26,007 bases of DNA from a virus (Duplodnaviria; Caudoviricetes), in the IMG/VR virus record IMGVR_UViG_3300030095_002742, positions 1 through 26,007 of that record, one strand, 5' to 3'. The position numbers were made by a program, and so were the translations under genes. Each line of letters begins with the position of its first letter. Position 1 is the first letter of the stretch. The notes under the pieces are model-generated. The model was not told where the DNA came from. It was given only the letters and a program-made list of their open reading frames with translations, and did not search any database. Positions 19,063 through 26,007 of the stretch are shown here, piece after piece.

Positions 19063-20366
19063 AATGACGTACTCGCTAAAGGGTTATAACTCATGTCTGC
19101 ACTGCGTTGCTGCGGTGCGTTTAAATCTGATCTTGGTTTCCAACCCACAGCCAAACTTCTGTAAGCATCGGCTGCGTGACTTGTAAAGTCGTGGACAACA
19201 GAGGTTCTAAACTGCCGGTTCTTCTCATCATACTTTCGGTGGTACAATCTTAACTTTTCGAGCAAATCTGACGTAGCTTCTGAATCAAAATAACAACGCT
19301 TGATGAAAGTTTTTGCAGCATGGATTCCATCTTCAAGAGGCAGTTTTGGGATAACTCTAAAATTAATACCCAAATCATAAGCAATCTCACGACGGCTTCG
19401 CCCAGTACCCATCTCACGTACTTCCAAATCATGTGGCCCGTTATGCGTTCCATACAAATATCCTTTCTGATCCAGCATTCTTGCGTAAAACGGTAAGCCT
19501 TCACCCCTCATTTCAAAATAATCAATAACATTGACAGAGCTATTGCCGACCGTTTGTGTAAAAATTACTGACGTTGCATCAGCCATGCCGATATCCCACC
19601 AGGTATCGACCTTCTTTGTTTCATCGTGCGGAACGCGACACACCTGACCAGCTTCTTCGATGGCTTGCAGCTCCTTACCGAATATGGCTCCAGGCGTATT
19701 AGCAACAAATGAGCACTCAAACTCTTGCTCATATTGATCCTCTGACATAGCAACTCTTGCTGCGTCTAATTCGCTCTCAGGTAAGATGTGCGTTTGTGAT
19801 GCCTTAAACATCACTCGATCCCATCCGTCTGTTTCCGCTGCTTGTTTCCAATAATCAAAAAATAAATTATGCCCAGCTGGAGTCCCTAAAAAACAGCAGT
19901 ACCCAGCTTTTGGATTACCCTCCTCACTTCGGTCTGCAAGTGCTGGTCTGAGTACCATCGGAAATACCGATTCTGGCATCATTGCCACCTCATCCATTAC
20001 ACACCCATCGAGGTATATTCCCCTGAGAGCATCCGGATTCTCAGCAGACAACAGCATGATCCTGGCTCCATTGGGCAGATCACATCTCAATTCAGTCTCA
20101 TTAAACCTAACGCCTGGTATCTCACCAGCAAACTGCTTGAGATAATCCCAAGCTATTCTTTTCGCCTGGGTAAACGTGGCAGCAAGATATGCATATCGAG
20201 GACTAGGCTTCGGACATAAAATAGCATCACGCAGCAAGTGATTAATAGCAGCGACCGTTTTACCAGCGCGACGATGACAAACAATTACAGTAAAGCGATT
20301 GTTGTCAATCAGCTGGTGGAGCTCTTGTTGCATCTCACGAGGCGTGTACGGTATTACAATGTCCAT
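19059..20366 (-). CDS. terL: Terminase large subunit, 435 aa
   Basis: YTPR..Q adenine motif, Walker A HRRAGKT, Walker B GCVMDE, GTP coupling motif, nuclease WDIG..D and HAADAYR. Confidence 0.95.
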   Translation of the reverse strand: MDIVIPYTPREMQQELHQLIDNNRFTVIVCHRRAGKTVAAINHLLRDAILCPKPSPRYAYLAATFTQAKRIAWDYLKQFAGEIPGVRFNETELRCDLPNGARIMLLSAENPDALRGIYLDGCVMDEVAMMPESVFPMVLRPALADRSEEGNPKAGYCCFLGTPAGHNLFFDYWKQAAETDGWDRVMFKASQTHILPESELDAARVAMSEDQYEQEFECSFVANTPGAIFGKELQAIEEAGQVCRVPHDETKKVDTWWDIGMADATSVIFTQTVGNSSVNVIDYFEMRGEGLPFYARMLDQKGYLYGTHNGPHDLEVREMGTGRSRREIAYDLGINFRVIPKLPLEDGIHAAKTFIKRCYFDSEATSDLLEKLRLYHRKYDEKNRQFRTSVVHDFTSHAADAYRSLAVGWKPRSDLNAPQQRSADMSYNPLASTSL

Positions 20367-20557
20367 CAGTGCAATGTCGTTGGCTTACCGCCATCAGGAT
20401 CAAACAATGCAGCAAACTCCTCCATGAAGTCTTGTACGGCTTCCTCAGAGTCAAAATGTCTGAAGAGCACACATAAGCCAATTGAGCCGTCTGCAAGTGG
20501 CATAGTAAAGCATTCGTACGTCACAGTGTTTGTAGCTCCGGTTAGTGTAATAGACAT
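20366..20557 (-). CDS. Small hypothetical protein, about 63 aa (MSITLTG...KPTTLH)
   Basis: TGATG coupling to terL; upstream extension to 20671 crosses low-complexity G/C runs and looks non-coding. Confidence 0.5.
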   Translation of the reverse strand: MSITLTGATNTVTYECFTMPLADGSIGLCVLFRHFDSEEAVQDFMEEFAALFDPDGGKPTTLH

Positions 20558-20573
20558 AGGAATGGCGGGCTGG

Positions 20574-20860
20574 ATTCGGGGGGTACGGGGGGGTCTAAAT
20601 TCCCCAGGCTCTCCCCCAATATATGGGGAGATACATACATAACCTCTCGTCAGACCGCAGAACTCTGCCATTTATTAAGCTTGGGTTCCAACTGGGTTCC
20701 AATCATTTATTTATTCAGGCATATGGCTGCCATCTTGCGCGTAACTATCACTTAGGCTGACTGGCTGATACATGGGACTTCAACACACACTCACCACATC
20801 CCAGACATCACAGCTCTCACACAAACAACAACACAAAAGCCCAACGCTATCACTGCAATC
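20574..20860. other. Putative packaging-initiation (pac) / genome-end region
   Basis: Between terS and terL: GGGGGG-TAC-GGGGGGG, TCTCCCC/GGGGAGA inverted repeat, TGGGTTCCAA x2, strongly A/C-skewed tract. Confidence 0.4.
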
Positions 20861-20863
20861 AAG

Positions 20864-21328
20864 CTAGGATACGTCATCCTTCACCAAGTTAAGCACTGTA
20901 GCCGTCTTCTCTTCTGGCTGTTGCTGCATTCCCCATGTCAACGTAATCGTATTGTCAGCAGCAGCTGTGTCCTCTGGTCGATTCCTAATACCTTTGGGCT
21001 GCATTCTAGCAAAGCACCACTTCATCGTATCGATCTCAACCCTTCTACGCTGTACTTCAGCGTTTGCAATCGCTCTATCATCCATTTCAATCGGCTTTCT
21101 AGCCAGCTCAAACATCTCATCAGCCAACACTTCAGCTCCAATTGCTCTAGCGTTCTGATACATCTCAAAGAACTCTTCCTTACGCTGTACAGCCTTTAAA
21201 ACCGTCTTATAATTGGGAAACTTATCACTGCTTTCACAAGTTGACTTCAAGGACTTACCCTGGGCTAATTCATCGCAAACGAGCCTTAAAACAGCCTTAG
21301 TACAAGCAACTTTAGGACTTCTCTTCAT
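20864..21328 (-). CDS. terS: Terminase small subunit (Sf6-like), 154 aa
   Basis: N-terminal HTH (VCDELAQGKSLKSTC..FPNYKTV), F.EMY..AR..LADE, IDTMKW..ARM.PK. Confidence 0.85.
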   Translation of the reverse strand: MKRSPKVACTKAVLRLVCDELAQGKSLKSTCESSDKFPNYKTVLKAVQRKEEFFEMYQNARAIGAEVLADEMFELARKPIEMDDRAIANAEVQRRRVEIDTMKWCFARMQPKGIRNRPEDTAAADNTITLTWGMQQQPEEKTATVLNLVKDDVS

Positions 21329-21438
21329 TTTCTCTTAACTGCTTTCATCAATGACTTTCCGGATTTTTTCGCATAACTTTTAGCAGCTGCTTTCCCAGCT
21401 TTTGTATAACTAAACGATTTCTTTCCAACCTTTGGCAT
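21325..21438 (-). CDS. Small Lys/Ala-rich basic protein, 37 aa (MPKVGKKSFSYTKAGKAAAKSYAKKSGKSLMKAVKRK)
   Basis: Not in ORF track; GGAG RBS, ATGA coupling to terS. Confidence 0.8.
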   Translation of the reverse strand: MPKVGKKSFSYTKAGKAAAKSYAKKSGKSLMKAVKRK

Positions 21439-21448
21439 TTCTGTCTCC

Positions 21449-21492
21449 AAAAAGAAAACGAGCAGAGAAACAAGGGGAGAAACTCTGCTCGT
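21449..21492 (-). terminator. Rho-independent terminator of the late leader (tR'-like)
   Basis: Perfect 10-bp stem ACGAGCAGAG/CTCTGCTCGT, 15-nt loop, then TTTCTTTTT. Confidence 0.8.
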
Positions 21493-21554
21493 CGTATTGA
21501 GGTTTTATTTCAAGCCAGGTAAGGGAGATTTGCGTGAAGTACATCCTAGCTTAC
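21449..21554 (-). ncRNA. Putative ~106-nt small RNA / late leader with two CUCCC-loop hairpins
   Basis: Begins right after a promoter; stem 1 AAGCUAGG/CCUGGCUU (loop has UCUCCCUU), stem 2 is the terminator (loop UUUCUCCCCUUGUUU). Confidence 0.6.
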
Positions 21555-21558
21555 AAAA

Positions 21559-21588
21559 ACTATGTGCTTTTTCGGGTCTTTCGGTCAA
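21559..21588 (-). promoter_or_regulatory. Sigma70-type late promoter (pR'-like)
   Basis: TTGACC-N18-CATAGT, predicted start at the base of hairpin 1. Confidence 0.6.
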
Positions 21589-21643
21589 TAACCTTTTATG
21601 GGACTAATGCTAACCAATAATAAACAATTACAACAAAGTTTAT

Positions 21644-22042
21644 TTATCTGCTTTTTTCTATCAAATAATGCAGTTTAACCAAGCTTTCGGTATACTTTTT
21701 CTTCACAATTCTACGATCTAAATGCATGATCTTTGACAACTTAGACCAGTTTGGCCCTCTCAAACGAAACACAGCTGAATGAGCTGTCATCCAGATAATA
21801 TTACGATCAGCTGTCCTTAAACTCATCATAATATCCATCAACCAATCATACCGGCTGATCTGTTCACTGCTGGCATGAGCTAACCTGGTAACTGTTGCAG
21901 CTGGAGCATAAGCAAGCCACTCAGCCTTTATCTCAGGCCAAAACGTCTTGATCTTTGCTAAACGCTTCTCTGGCATTCTACGCTCTGTTTCAGCTGCTTC
22001 TAACACCATGTCGTGCAAGTTTTCCATATCAAACCTACCCAT
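21644..22042 (-). CDS. Putative late-gene regulator/antiterminator (DUF6362-like from memory), 132 aa
   Basis: EAAETERRMP..WPE..QISRYD..R.IIW..NWSKLSK with C-terminal HTH-like end; lambda-Q position just upstream of promoter-terminator. Confidence 0.55.
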   Translation of the reverse strand: MGRFDMENLHDMVLEAAETERRMPEKRLAKIKTFWPEIKAEWLAYAPAATVTRLAHASSEQISRYDWLMDIMMSLRTADRNIIWMTAHSAVFRLRGPNWSKLSKIMHLDRRIVKKKYTESLVKLHYLIEKSR

Positions 22043-22448
22043 TCTTTTCTATCAAACCCAACCAATAATCACCAATATCCTGTCGGCTGAGATTCTGGGT
22101 TGCTTTTTGGTGTTTATTAGGTCGCATTGATGTTCCTTTAACCACAGATCGATAGTTAAAATTTGCCATCTTTGCACTAGCTTTAATAAGCTTAGAGCTT
22201 TCTTTAGCTTTATAGCTTTTATTATTATTTTTGTTTGTATTTAAGAAGCTTTTATTAGCTAAGCTATCTATAGCTCTTATATAGCTATATAAAGCTATAA
22301 TAAGCTTAGCTTTACTTAGCTGTTCTAAAATACCATCAAAATCACCTAACTTTTGCTCGTCACAATACGCTTTTAAAACGCTTCTTTTGATGTCCCCACC
22401 GTTCTCAACTATCTTCGAATAAATCATAAATTCATCATGTGTAATCAT
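22035..22448 (-). CDS. Hypothetical protein containing an iteron-like array; possible minimal replication initiator, 137 aa
   Basis: Coupled to neighbours on both sides; wHTH-like N-terminus; internal AGCT repeats. Confidence 0.5.
   Translation of the reverse strand: MITHDEFMIYSKIVENGGDIKRSVLKAYCDEQKLGDFDGILEQLSKAKLIIALYSYIRAIDSLANKSFLNTNKNNNKSYKAKESSKLIKASAKMANFNYRSVVKGTSMRPNKHQKATQNLSRQDIGDYWLGLIEKNG
22179..22321. repeat. AGCT array, putative replication origin
   Basis: 14 AGCT in 143 bp, right cluster spaced 10,5,10,11,10,10,5,10; AT-rich spacer 22218-22246. Confidence 0.65.
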
Positions 22449-23290
22449 ATCAATTCACTCCCTAAAATTGCCGTAAATATCTCAGATAATACCTGGGGGC
22501 ATATGGAATTGCCCAACGCCTTGAGCCTTTTAGCTCTGTCCTTCTGGCCTTGGGTCACTCTGGGCACTCCTCGTTCCCAATTCCCGTCCACCCACGAGGA
22601 TAACCCATCAAAAGTTCTACCCAATCCGCTGAAAGCTGGCCTTTGGGTTTGTTCTCCGCATGGTGAACTGCATCCCTCAGTTTCACGCCCCAGCGCACCC
22701 CTTCCTTGTTCTTCCGACTGAAGCTGCCGTTCTCGTAATCCACGTTCTGAACTATTCCCCCCTCCACATCCGCTGCCCTTGGTGTTGGCCAATTCGGTGC
22801 AGACGATAAAAACTCGTTGTCTCCTGTGCGAGGCGTTTTTGGAGACAGCTCCAAGTATGATCGGCCACGCATGGTAACCTTCATTTGCCAGGTCAAGTAG
22901 CACCGTGTCGATTCCCAAGCTGATGTGACCAACAACGTTTTCAAAAACGCATAAAGTGGGTCTTGTTTGCTTAACAATTTCAATAATATACGGCCAGATG
23001 TGACGGTCATCTGCCGTGCCTTTGCGGAGCCCAGCCTGACTGAAGGGCTGACATGGATACCCGCCTGTGAGGACATCGACTTTGCCGAAGTCTTTCGGGA
23101 AGGTTTTGACATCGTCGTAGATGGGGACGTTAGGCCAGTGCTTGTTGAGGATTTGCTTGCAGAACTTGTCTGGCTCACAGAAAGCGATGGTGCGAACATT
23201 TCGATCTGTTCTTCGTCCACTGTCTGCGAGGGCAAGGGCAAATCCTCCGATTCCGCTGCAGAGATCGAGGTGGGTGATTTCTTCATTCAT
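22445..23290 (-). CDS. DNA cytosine-5 methyltransferase, catalytic chain (motifs I-VIII and X, lacks IX), 281 aa
   Basis: HLDLCSGIGG (I), GGYPCQPFS (IV), ENV (VI), HRRQRVF (VIII), RLKALGNS (X); start MNEEITH at 23290. Confidence 0.92.
   Translation of the reverse strand: MNEEITHLDLCSGIGGFALALADSGRRTDRNVRTIAFCEPDKFCKQILNKHWPNVPIYDDVKTFPKDFGKVDVLTGGYPCQPFSQAGLRKGTADDRHIWPYIIEIVKQTRPTLCVFENVVGHISLGIDTVLLDLANEGYHAWPIILGAVSKNASHRRQRVFIVCTELANTKGSGCGGGNSSERGLRERQLQSEEQGRGALGRETEGCSSPCGEQTQRPAFSGLGRTFDGLSSWVDGNWERGVPRVTQGQKDRAKRLKALGNSICPQVLSEIFTAILGSELI
22555..23286 (-). CDS. Nested +1-frame partner chain of the C5 MTase (variable region and motif IX), up to 243 aa
   Basis: Stop-free 243 codons within the MTase; WPTPRAAD and LSADWVELLMGYPRGWT; ATGA coupling to upstream gene. 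Confidence 0.75.
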   Translation of the reverse strand: MKKSPTSISAAESEDLPLPSQTVDEEQIEMFAPSLSVSQTSSASKSSTSTGLTSPSTTMSKPSRKTSAKSMSSQAGIHVSPSVRLGSAKARQMTVTSGRILLKLLSKQDPLYAFLKTLLVTSAWESTRCYLTWQMKVTMRGRSYLELSPKTPRTGDNEFLSSAPNWPTPRAADVEGGIVQNVDYENGSFSRKNKEGVRWGVKLRDAVHHAENKPKGQLSADWVELLMGYPRGWTGIGNEECPE

Positions 23291-23438
23291 TCTCTTTCTT
23301 TTTCTCCGGTACTTCACACGCTGTTTCACCATCACAGCAATCCATCAATGGCCTAAAGCATCGCCCGCAAACGTAATGAGCTCTCATCGGCATTGGCCTT
23401 GTAAACTCGCCACACCAGGGGCATTCAATCGGCTCCAT
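23283..23438 (-). CDS. Small Cys-rich Zn-finger protein, 51 aa (MEPIECPWCG...HYVCGRC...DCCDGE...)
   Basis: Not in ORF track; TGATG coupling to radical SAM stop; CxxC, HxxCxxC, CC. Confidence 0.8.
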   Translation of the reverse strand: MEPIECPWCGEFTRPMPMRAHYVCGRCFRPLMDCCDGETACEVPEKKKENE

Positions 23439-24376
23439 CACTCGTACACCATCGCCTGTTGTTCGTCAGAGTGGCCTACTTTAGTTCTACTTTTTTTGTA
23501 ATCTTCCCAACCTGTTGATTTAAAAATGGCCTTATGATTGACCCATCTAGTAAATTTTTTTTGATATAAATCTTTTCTATCATACGGCATTACGTAGGGA
23601 TCACAGCCATAGTCAGCCAACTTCTTGACGCGATACATGTCTTGCTCTGGCGTTGTGTTAAATCCAATCAAAACAAAAAAGGCCATTTGCCTTGGGCGAA
23701 TCCCAGCTTCAATGCACCTAGCAATGCCCTCATCAATTAACTTCTCAGTCCCTTTGCCAAATTGATCCCAAGCAAAATGAACTTGTTTATTTTTTCCTGA
23801 CAAATTTCTAAATTGAACCGATGCAAGAGCTTTTGCTTGTTCTTCGGTTATAATGCGAATGTTTAATCCCTGGCTAAACGATACTTTTAAATTGTGGTTG
23901 TTTATTTCATCAATGCGTTTTTGCCAGACCGGATTGCCAAAAAAATCGTTATCCAATAGCACAACAAAATCACTACTTCGCTGCTGCCATATCTCGTCAA
24001 TCGTATGTTCTTCGTAGGGCTTGCCCTCTTTTTGTGGAACAACACAAAATTTGCAGCGAAAACGACAGCCCCTCATTGTAAACCCGATATTGTGAGGGTA
24101 ATTATAGATTGAATAGTCAGGTTGTAAGGCATCTATTTCTGGCGGTAAATCTGTGCTGTAATCCCAACCCGTCCCGCCAATCTTCATTCGCTTGGGGTCT
24201 AGTTGTGATTTATCCGAAAAATTAAAGATCGTCGAAGCGTATATTTCATCATAGGTATCTCGCCACAACGGATTATACCATTCAACCTCATCTCCAAATG
24301 ATTTGTGGTATGCGCTAATTTTCATTAGAGCGAGATTCGGGATTTTGCTGTCAACATCATACAAACCAATATTCAT
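23438..24376 (-). CDS. Radical SAM protein with short B12-binding-like N-terminal domain, 312 aa
   Basis: TMRGCRFRCKFCVVP (CxxxCxxC), PNLALMKIS, IGGTG, LLDNDF, VLIGF. Confidence 0.9.
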   Translation of the reverse strand: MNIGLYDVDSKIPNLALMKISAYHKSFGDEVEWYNPLWRDTYDEIYASTIFNFSDKSQLDPKRMKIGGTGWDYSTDLPPEIDALQPDYSIYNYPHNIGFTMRGCRFRCKFCVVPQKEGKPYEEHTIDEIWQQRSSDFVVLLDNDFFGNPVWQKRIDEINNHNLKVSFSQGLNIRIITEEQAKALASVQFRNLSGKNKQVHFAWDQFGKGTEKLIDEGIARCIEAGIRPRQMAFFVLIGFNTTPEQDMYRVKKLADYGCDPYVMPYDRKDLYQKKFTRWVNHKAIFKSTGWEDYKKSRTKVGHSDEQQAMVYE

Positions 24377-24789
24377 TCACCCCACTCCCTAATCTCAACC
24401 GTTGTGCCTGGTCTTTCGGCATAGAACTTTTCAGCTGTAAGCGAGATAATCTGTTTGTCATCAACGTAAGCAACACCATTCAAACCGTCTAAAACCAGCT
24501 TCGCCAGGTTATCTAAATCTGGAACTTTGCAATGATGCAGCAACCCGTTTTGTATCAGCTGGCGTTGCTTTTTGCTGAAAGCTTTTGGAATCGGCATACC
24601 AAACCTAATTCGCATTGTAAGTGGATCTTCAATGGGTTTACGAATGGCTGTCATGCCGTAGAATTTAACGAGTGCTTCCGCTACTCTGGTTGCTTTTGGC
24701 GTATAAACGTGACCTTGCCGACTAACTCTTGGTCTGCCCTTCGCTTGGGGTTTACCAGGTATTTTGAATTCAAAAATACTTTCCATCAA
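24373..24789 (-). CDS. rusA: RusA-family Holliday junction resolvase
   Basis: IPGKPQAKGRPR, PDLDNLAKLVLDGLNG..YVDDKQI. Confidence 0.93.
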   Translation of the reverse strand: MMESIFEFKIPGKPQAKGRPRVSRQGHVYTPKATRVAEALVKFYGMTAIRKPIEDPLTMRIRFGMPIPKAFSKKQRQLIQNGLLHHCKVPDLDNLAKLVLDGLNGVAYVDDKQIISLTAEKFYAERPGTTVEIREWGE

Positions 24790-24967
24790 TTAAATCCCTG
24801 GCTGAAACATCCCCGTTCGATGCCAGCTGAACCCGTCGAACAAGATTTAAACTTGGTTCGCGTTTATTGTTTACCAGCAAAGATATATACGGCCTTGATA
24901 CGCCAAGAAGGTTTGCTACTTGCTCTTGAGTAAATTGTTTGCTGGTCATCCATTGCTGTAGTGTCAT
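24770..24967 (-). CDS. Cro-like HTH (XRE) regulator, 65 aa
   Basis: TQEQVANLLGVSRPYISLL..KREPS..GDVSARDL; first gene of the leftward operon, divergent from a second HTH. Confidence 0.88.
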   Translation of the reverse strand: MTLQQWMTSKQFTQEQVANLLGVSRPYISLLVNNKREPSLNLVRRVQLASNGDVSARDLIDGKYF

Positions 24968-24973
24968 AACGCA

Positions 24974-25003
24974 ATTTTACGTGACTTTCGGTAACACTGT
25001 GAA
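24974..25003 (-). promoter_or_regulatory. Lytic promoter for cro operon with operator-like GTTAC-N5-GTCAC in the spacer
   Basis: TTCACA-N18-TAAAAT; -10 ends 6 nt before the ATG; related GTAAC-N5-GTGAT at 25026-25040. Confidence 0.55.
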
Positions 25004-25086
25004 CAACAAATATTACTTTAATTATGTAACCAATGGTGATATATGTTTGTACGTTACAAAATTAAGAAAAAAAACGAGGGGATCGT

Positions 25087-25380
25087 GTGACTAAAAGTAA
25101 CAAATCACTTGGAGACAATATTCGAGCTGCAAGAGAAAAACGTGGACTTAACGCAAATGACTTGGCTGACCTGTTAAATATTAAAGGTCATTCATATCGA
25201 AGGTATGAGCGTGGAGAAGTTCCAATGAAGGCTGAACTGTTTATTGAAATAGCTGATCATTTAGAAATCAGCCTGGATGAACTAGCTGGCAAAAAAGAAA
25301 CCGCGAAAGATGACGGTCAAATCATCTATCAAAAAATACCTTCAAAAAAAGGAACCAAAGTAATTTTTACTGTGGAGTGA
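25087..25380 (+). CDS. CI-like HTH (XRE) repressor without peptidase domain, 97 aa
   Basis: LGDNIRAAREKRGL..LADLL..YRRYERGE..IADHLEISLDELAG; GAGGGG RBS. Confidence 0.85.
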   Translation: MTKSNKSLGDNIRAAREKRGLNANDLADLLNIKGHSYRRYERGEVPMKAELFIEIADHLEISLDELAGKKETAKDDGQIIYQKIPSKKGTKVIFTVE

Positions 25381-25383
25381 AAA

Positions 25384-26007
25384 ATGAACAACATAAGAAA
25401 ATTAGAAAATTATTCGGAAAAAAAACTAAAAAGCAATTTCGAAAAAAGACATAAAGAGCTTGCTGATTTTCATGTAACGGTTAAAGACGGCCCATTCATG
25501 AAATATGCTGCCATGATCGCCTCAACAACGGCGTTAAAAAATAAAAATGAAGTGGCTGACCCGTGTCGAAAATTTTTTAATTCAACACAATTAAGACGCT
25601 TTGTCGGTGGCAAATTGATGGAAAATTACATGAGCGCAATTTCATTGGGGTCAAACTGTGTCGGCAGCGTTTTCGCGGATTTTACTGACATAGCTACGCC
25701 AAAAACAATTCGAGAAATTCTGGCGCAAGCACAAGATGCAGATTATATCTATATCGATGAGCAAGCGCGAAAAAAAGAAGTTCGCGCAAATCCCAACTCC
25801 AAGTATATTTATTGGCCCACGCCAATTATGATAAAATCATGGTGCGAAATGATTGAGGAAAAGCTAAATTTTTTACATGAAGTAAATATTACAGATATCA
25901 TGGCAGAAATTAATTCTAGGCCAAAAATAGTAGAAGTGGATTATTTAGAAAATACAATTTGCGATAATAGCTTAAAACATCAAACGTGGAAGAAAATTAT
26001 TAAAAAA
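25384..26007 (+). CDS. Hypothetical protein, possibly winged-helix (partial, over 208 aa)
   Basis: Not in ORF track; ATG 3 nt after repressor stop, open to window end; ATPKTIREILAQAQDADYI..YIYWPT resembles wHTH helix plus wing. Confidence 0.7.
   Translation, partial: MNNIRKLENYSEKKLKSNFEKRHKELADFHVTVKDGPFMKYAAMIASTTALKNKNEVADPCRKFFNSTQLRRFVGGKLMENYMSAISLGSNCVGSVFADFTDIATPKTIREILAQAQDADYIYIDEQARKKEVRANPNSKYIYWPTPIMIKSWCEMIEEKLNFLHEVNITDIMAEINSRPKIVEVDYLENTICDNSLKHQTWKKIIKK

Larger units (their letters stand above)
1..26007 (-). mobile_element. Temperate podovirus/prophage segment: T7-like virion module with lambda-like cI/cro control
   Basis: Contiguous, mostly translationally coupled terS-terL-portal-scaffold-capsid-tail tube-ejection-fibre operon plus divergent HTH pair; no host housekeeping genes. 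Confidence 0.95.

Noticed and set aside
11719-19753. Other same-strand nested ORFs (11719-11904, 14042-14317, 19250-19504, 19565-19753)
   Set aside because: Short, no motifs, and host genes are complete without them, unlike the MTase case
20558-20671. N-terminal 38 aa of the 101-aa ORF
   Set aside because: Runs through G/C homopolymer tracts of the putative pac region; low-complexity translation
22179-22321. CRISPR-like array
   Set aside because: Repeat unit is only 4-6 nt with no unique spacers
23291-23335. MTase N-terminal extension MMVKQRVKYRRKRKR
   Set aside because: Overlaps the coupled Zn-finger gene; motif I spacing favours ATG 23290
962-24933. Numerous plus-strand ORFs of 60-174 aa
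   Set aside because: Antisense shadows of well-supported minus-strand genes, no recognisable motifs
1-26007. tRNA/rRNA genes or stop-codon recoding
   Set aside because: No cloverleaf or rRNA-like segment seen; genes tile densely under the standard code using TAA, TAG and TGA as stops

Overview
A 26 kb piece of a temperate podovirus or prophage, probably of a marine alphaproteobacterial host (inferred from gene style; BPP-1/HTVC010P-like architecture). Almost everything is on the minus strand. From right to left: a cI/cro-like switch, RusA, radical SAM, Zn-finger, C5-DNA methyltransferase, a small ori-containing gene, a putative late regulator, TerS, TerL, portal, scaffold, major capsid, T7-like tail tube A/B, GNAT, ejection proteins and a tail fibre that runs off the left edge. 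Main discoveries: (1) the major capsid gene is split by a complete 268-nt ORF-less group I intron (IA2-like, 15105-15372), whose removal restores ...SRHS|DTP...; (2) the C5 methyltransferase is encoded in two nested reading frames, both coupled to one upstream stop; (3) a promoter, two-hairpin small RNA with CUCCC loops and terminator lead the late operon; (4) a 1058-aa virion protein carries a glycosylase-like and a SAM-lyase-like domain, followed by a small coupled ORF and a terminator; (5) CAGCTG is strongly enriched window-wide and a phased AGCT array forms a probable origin; (6) three hairpins sharing a 4x1 internal loop precede the capsid gene. All family assignments come from motif recognition by eye, not database searches.
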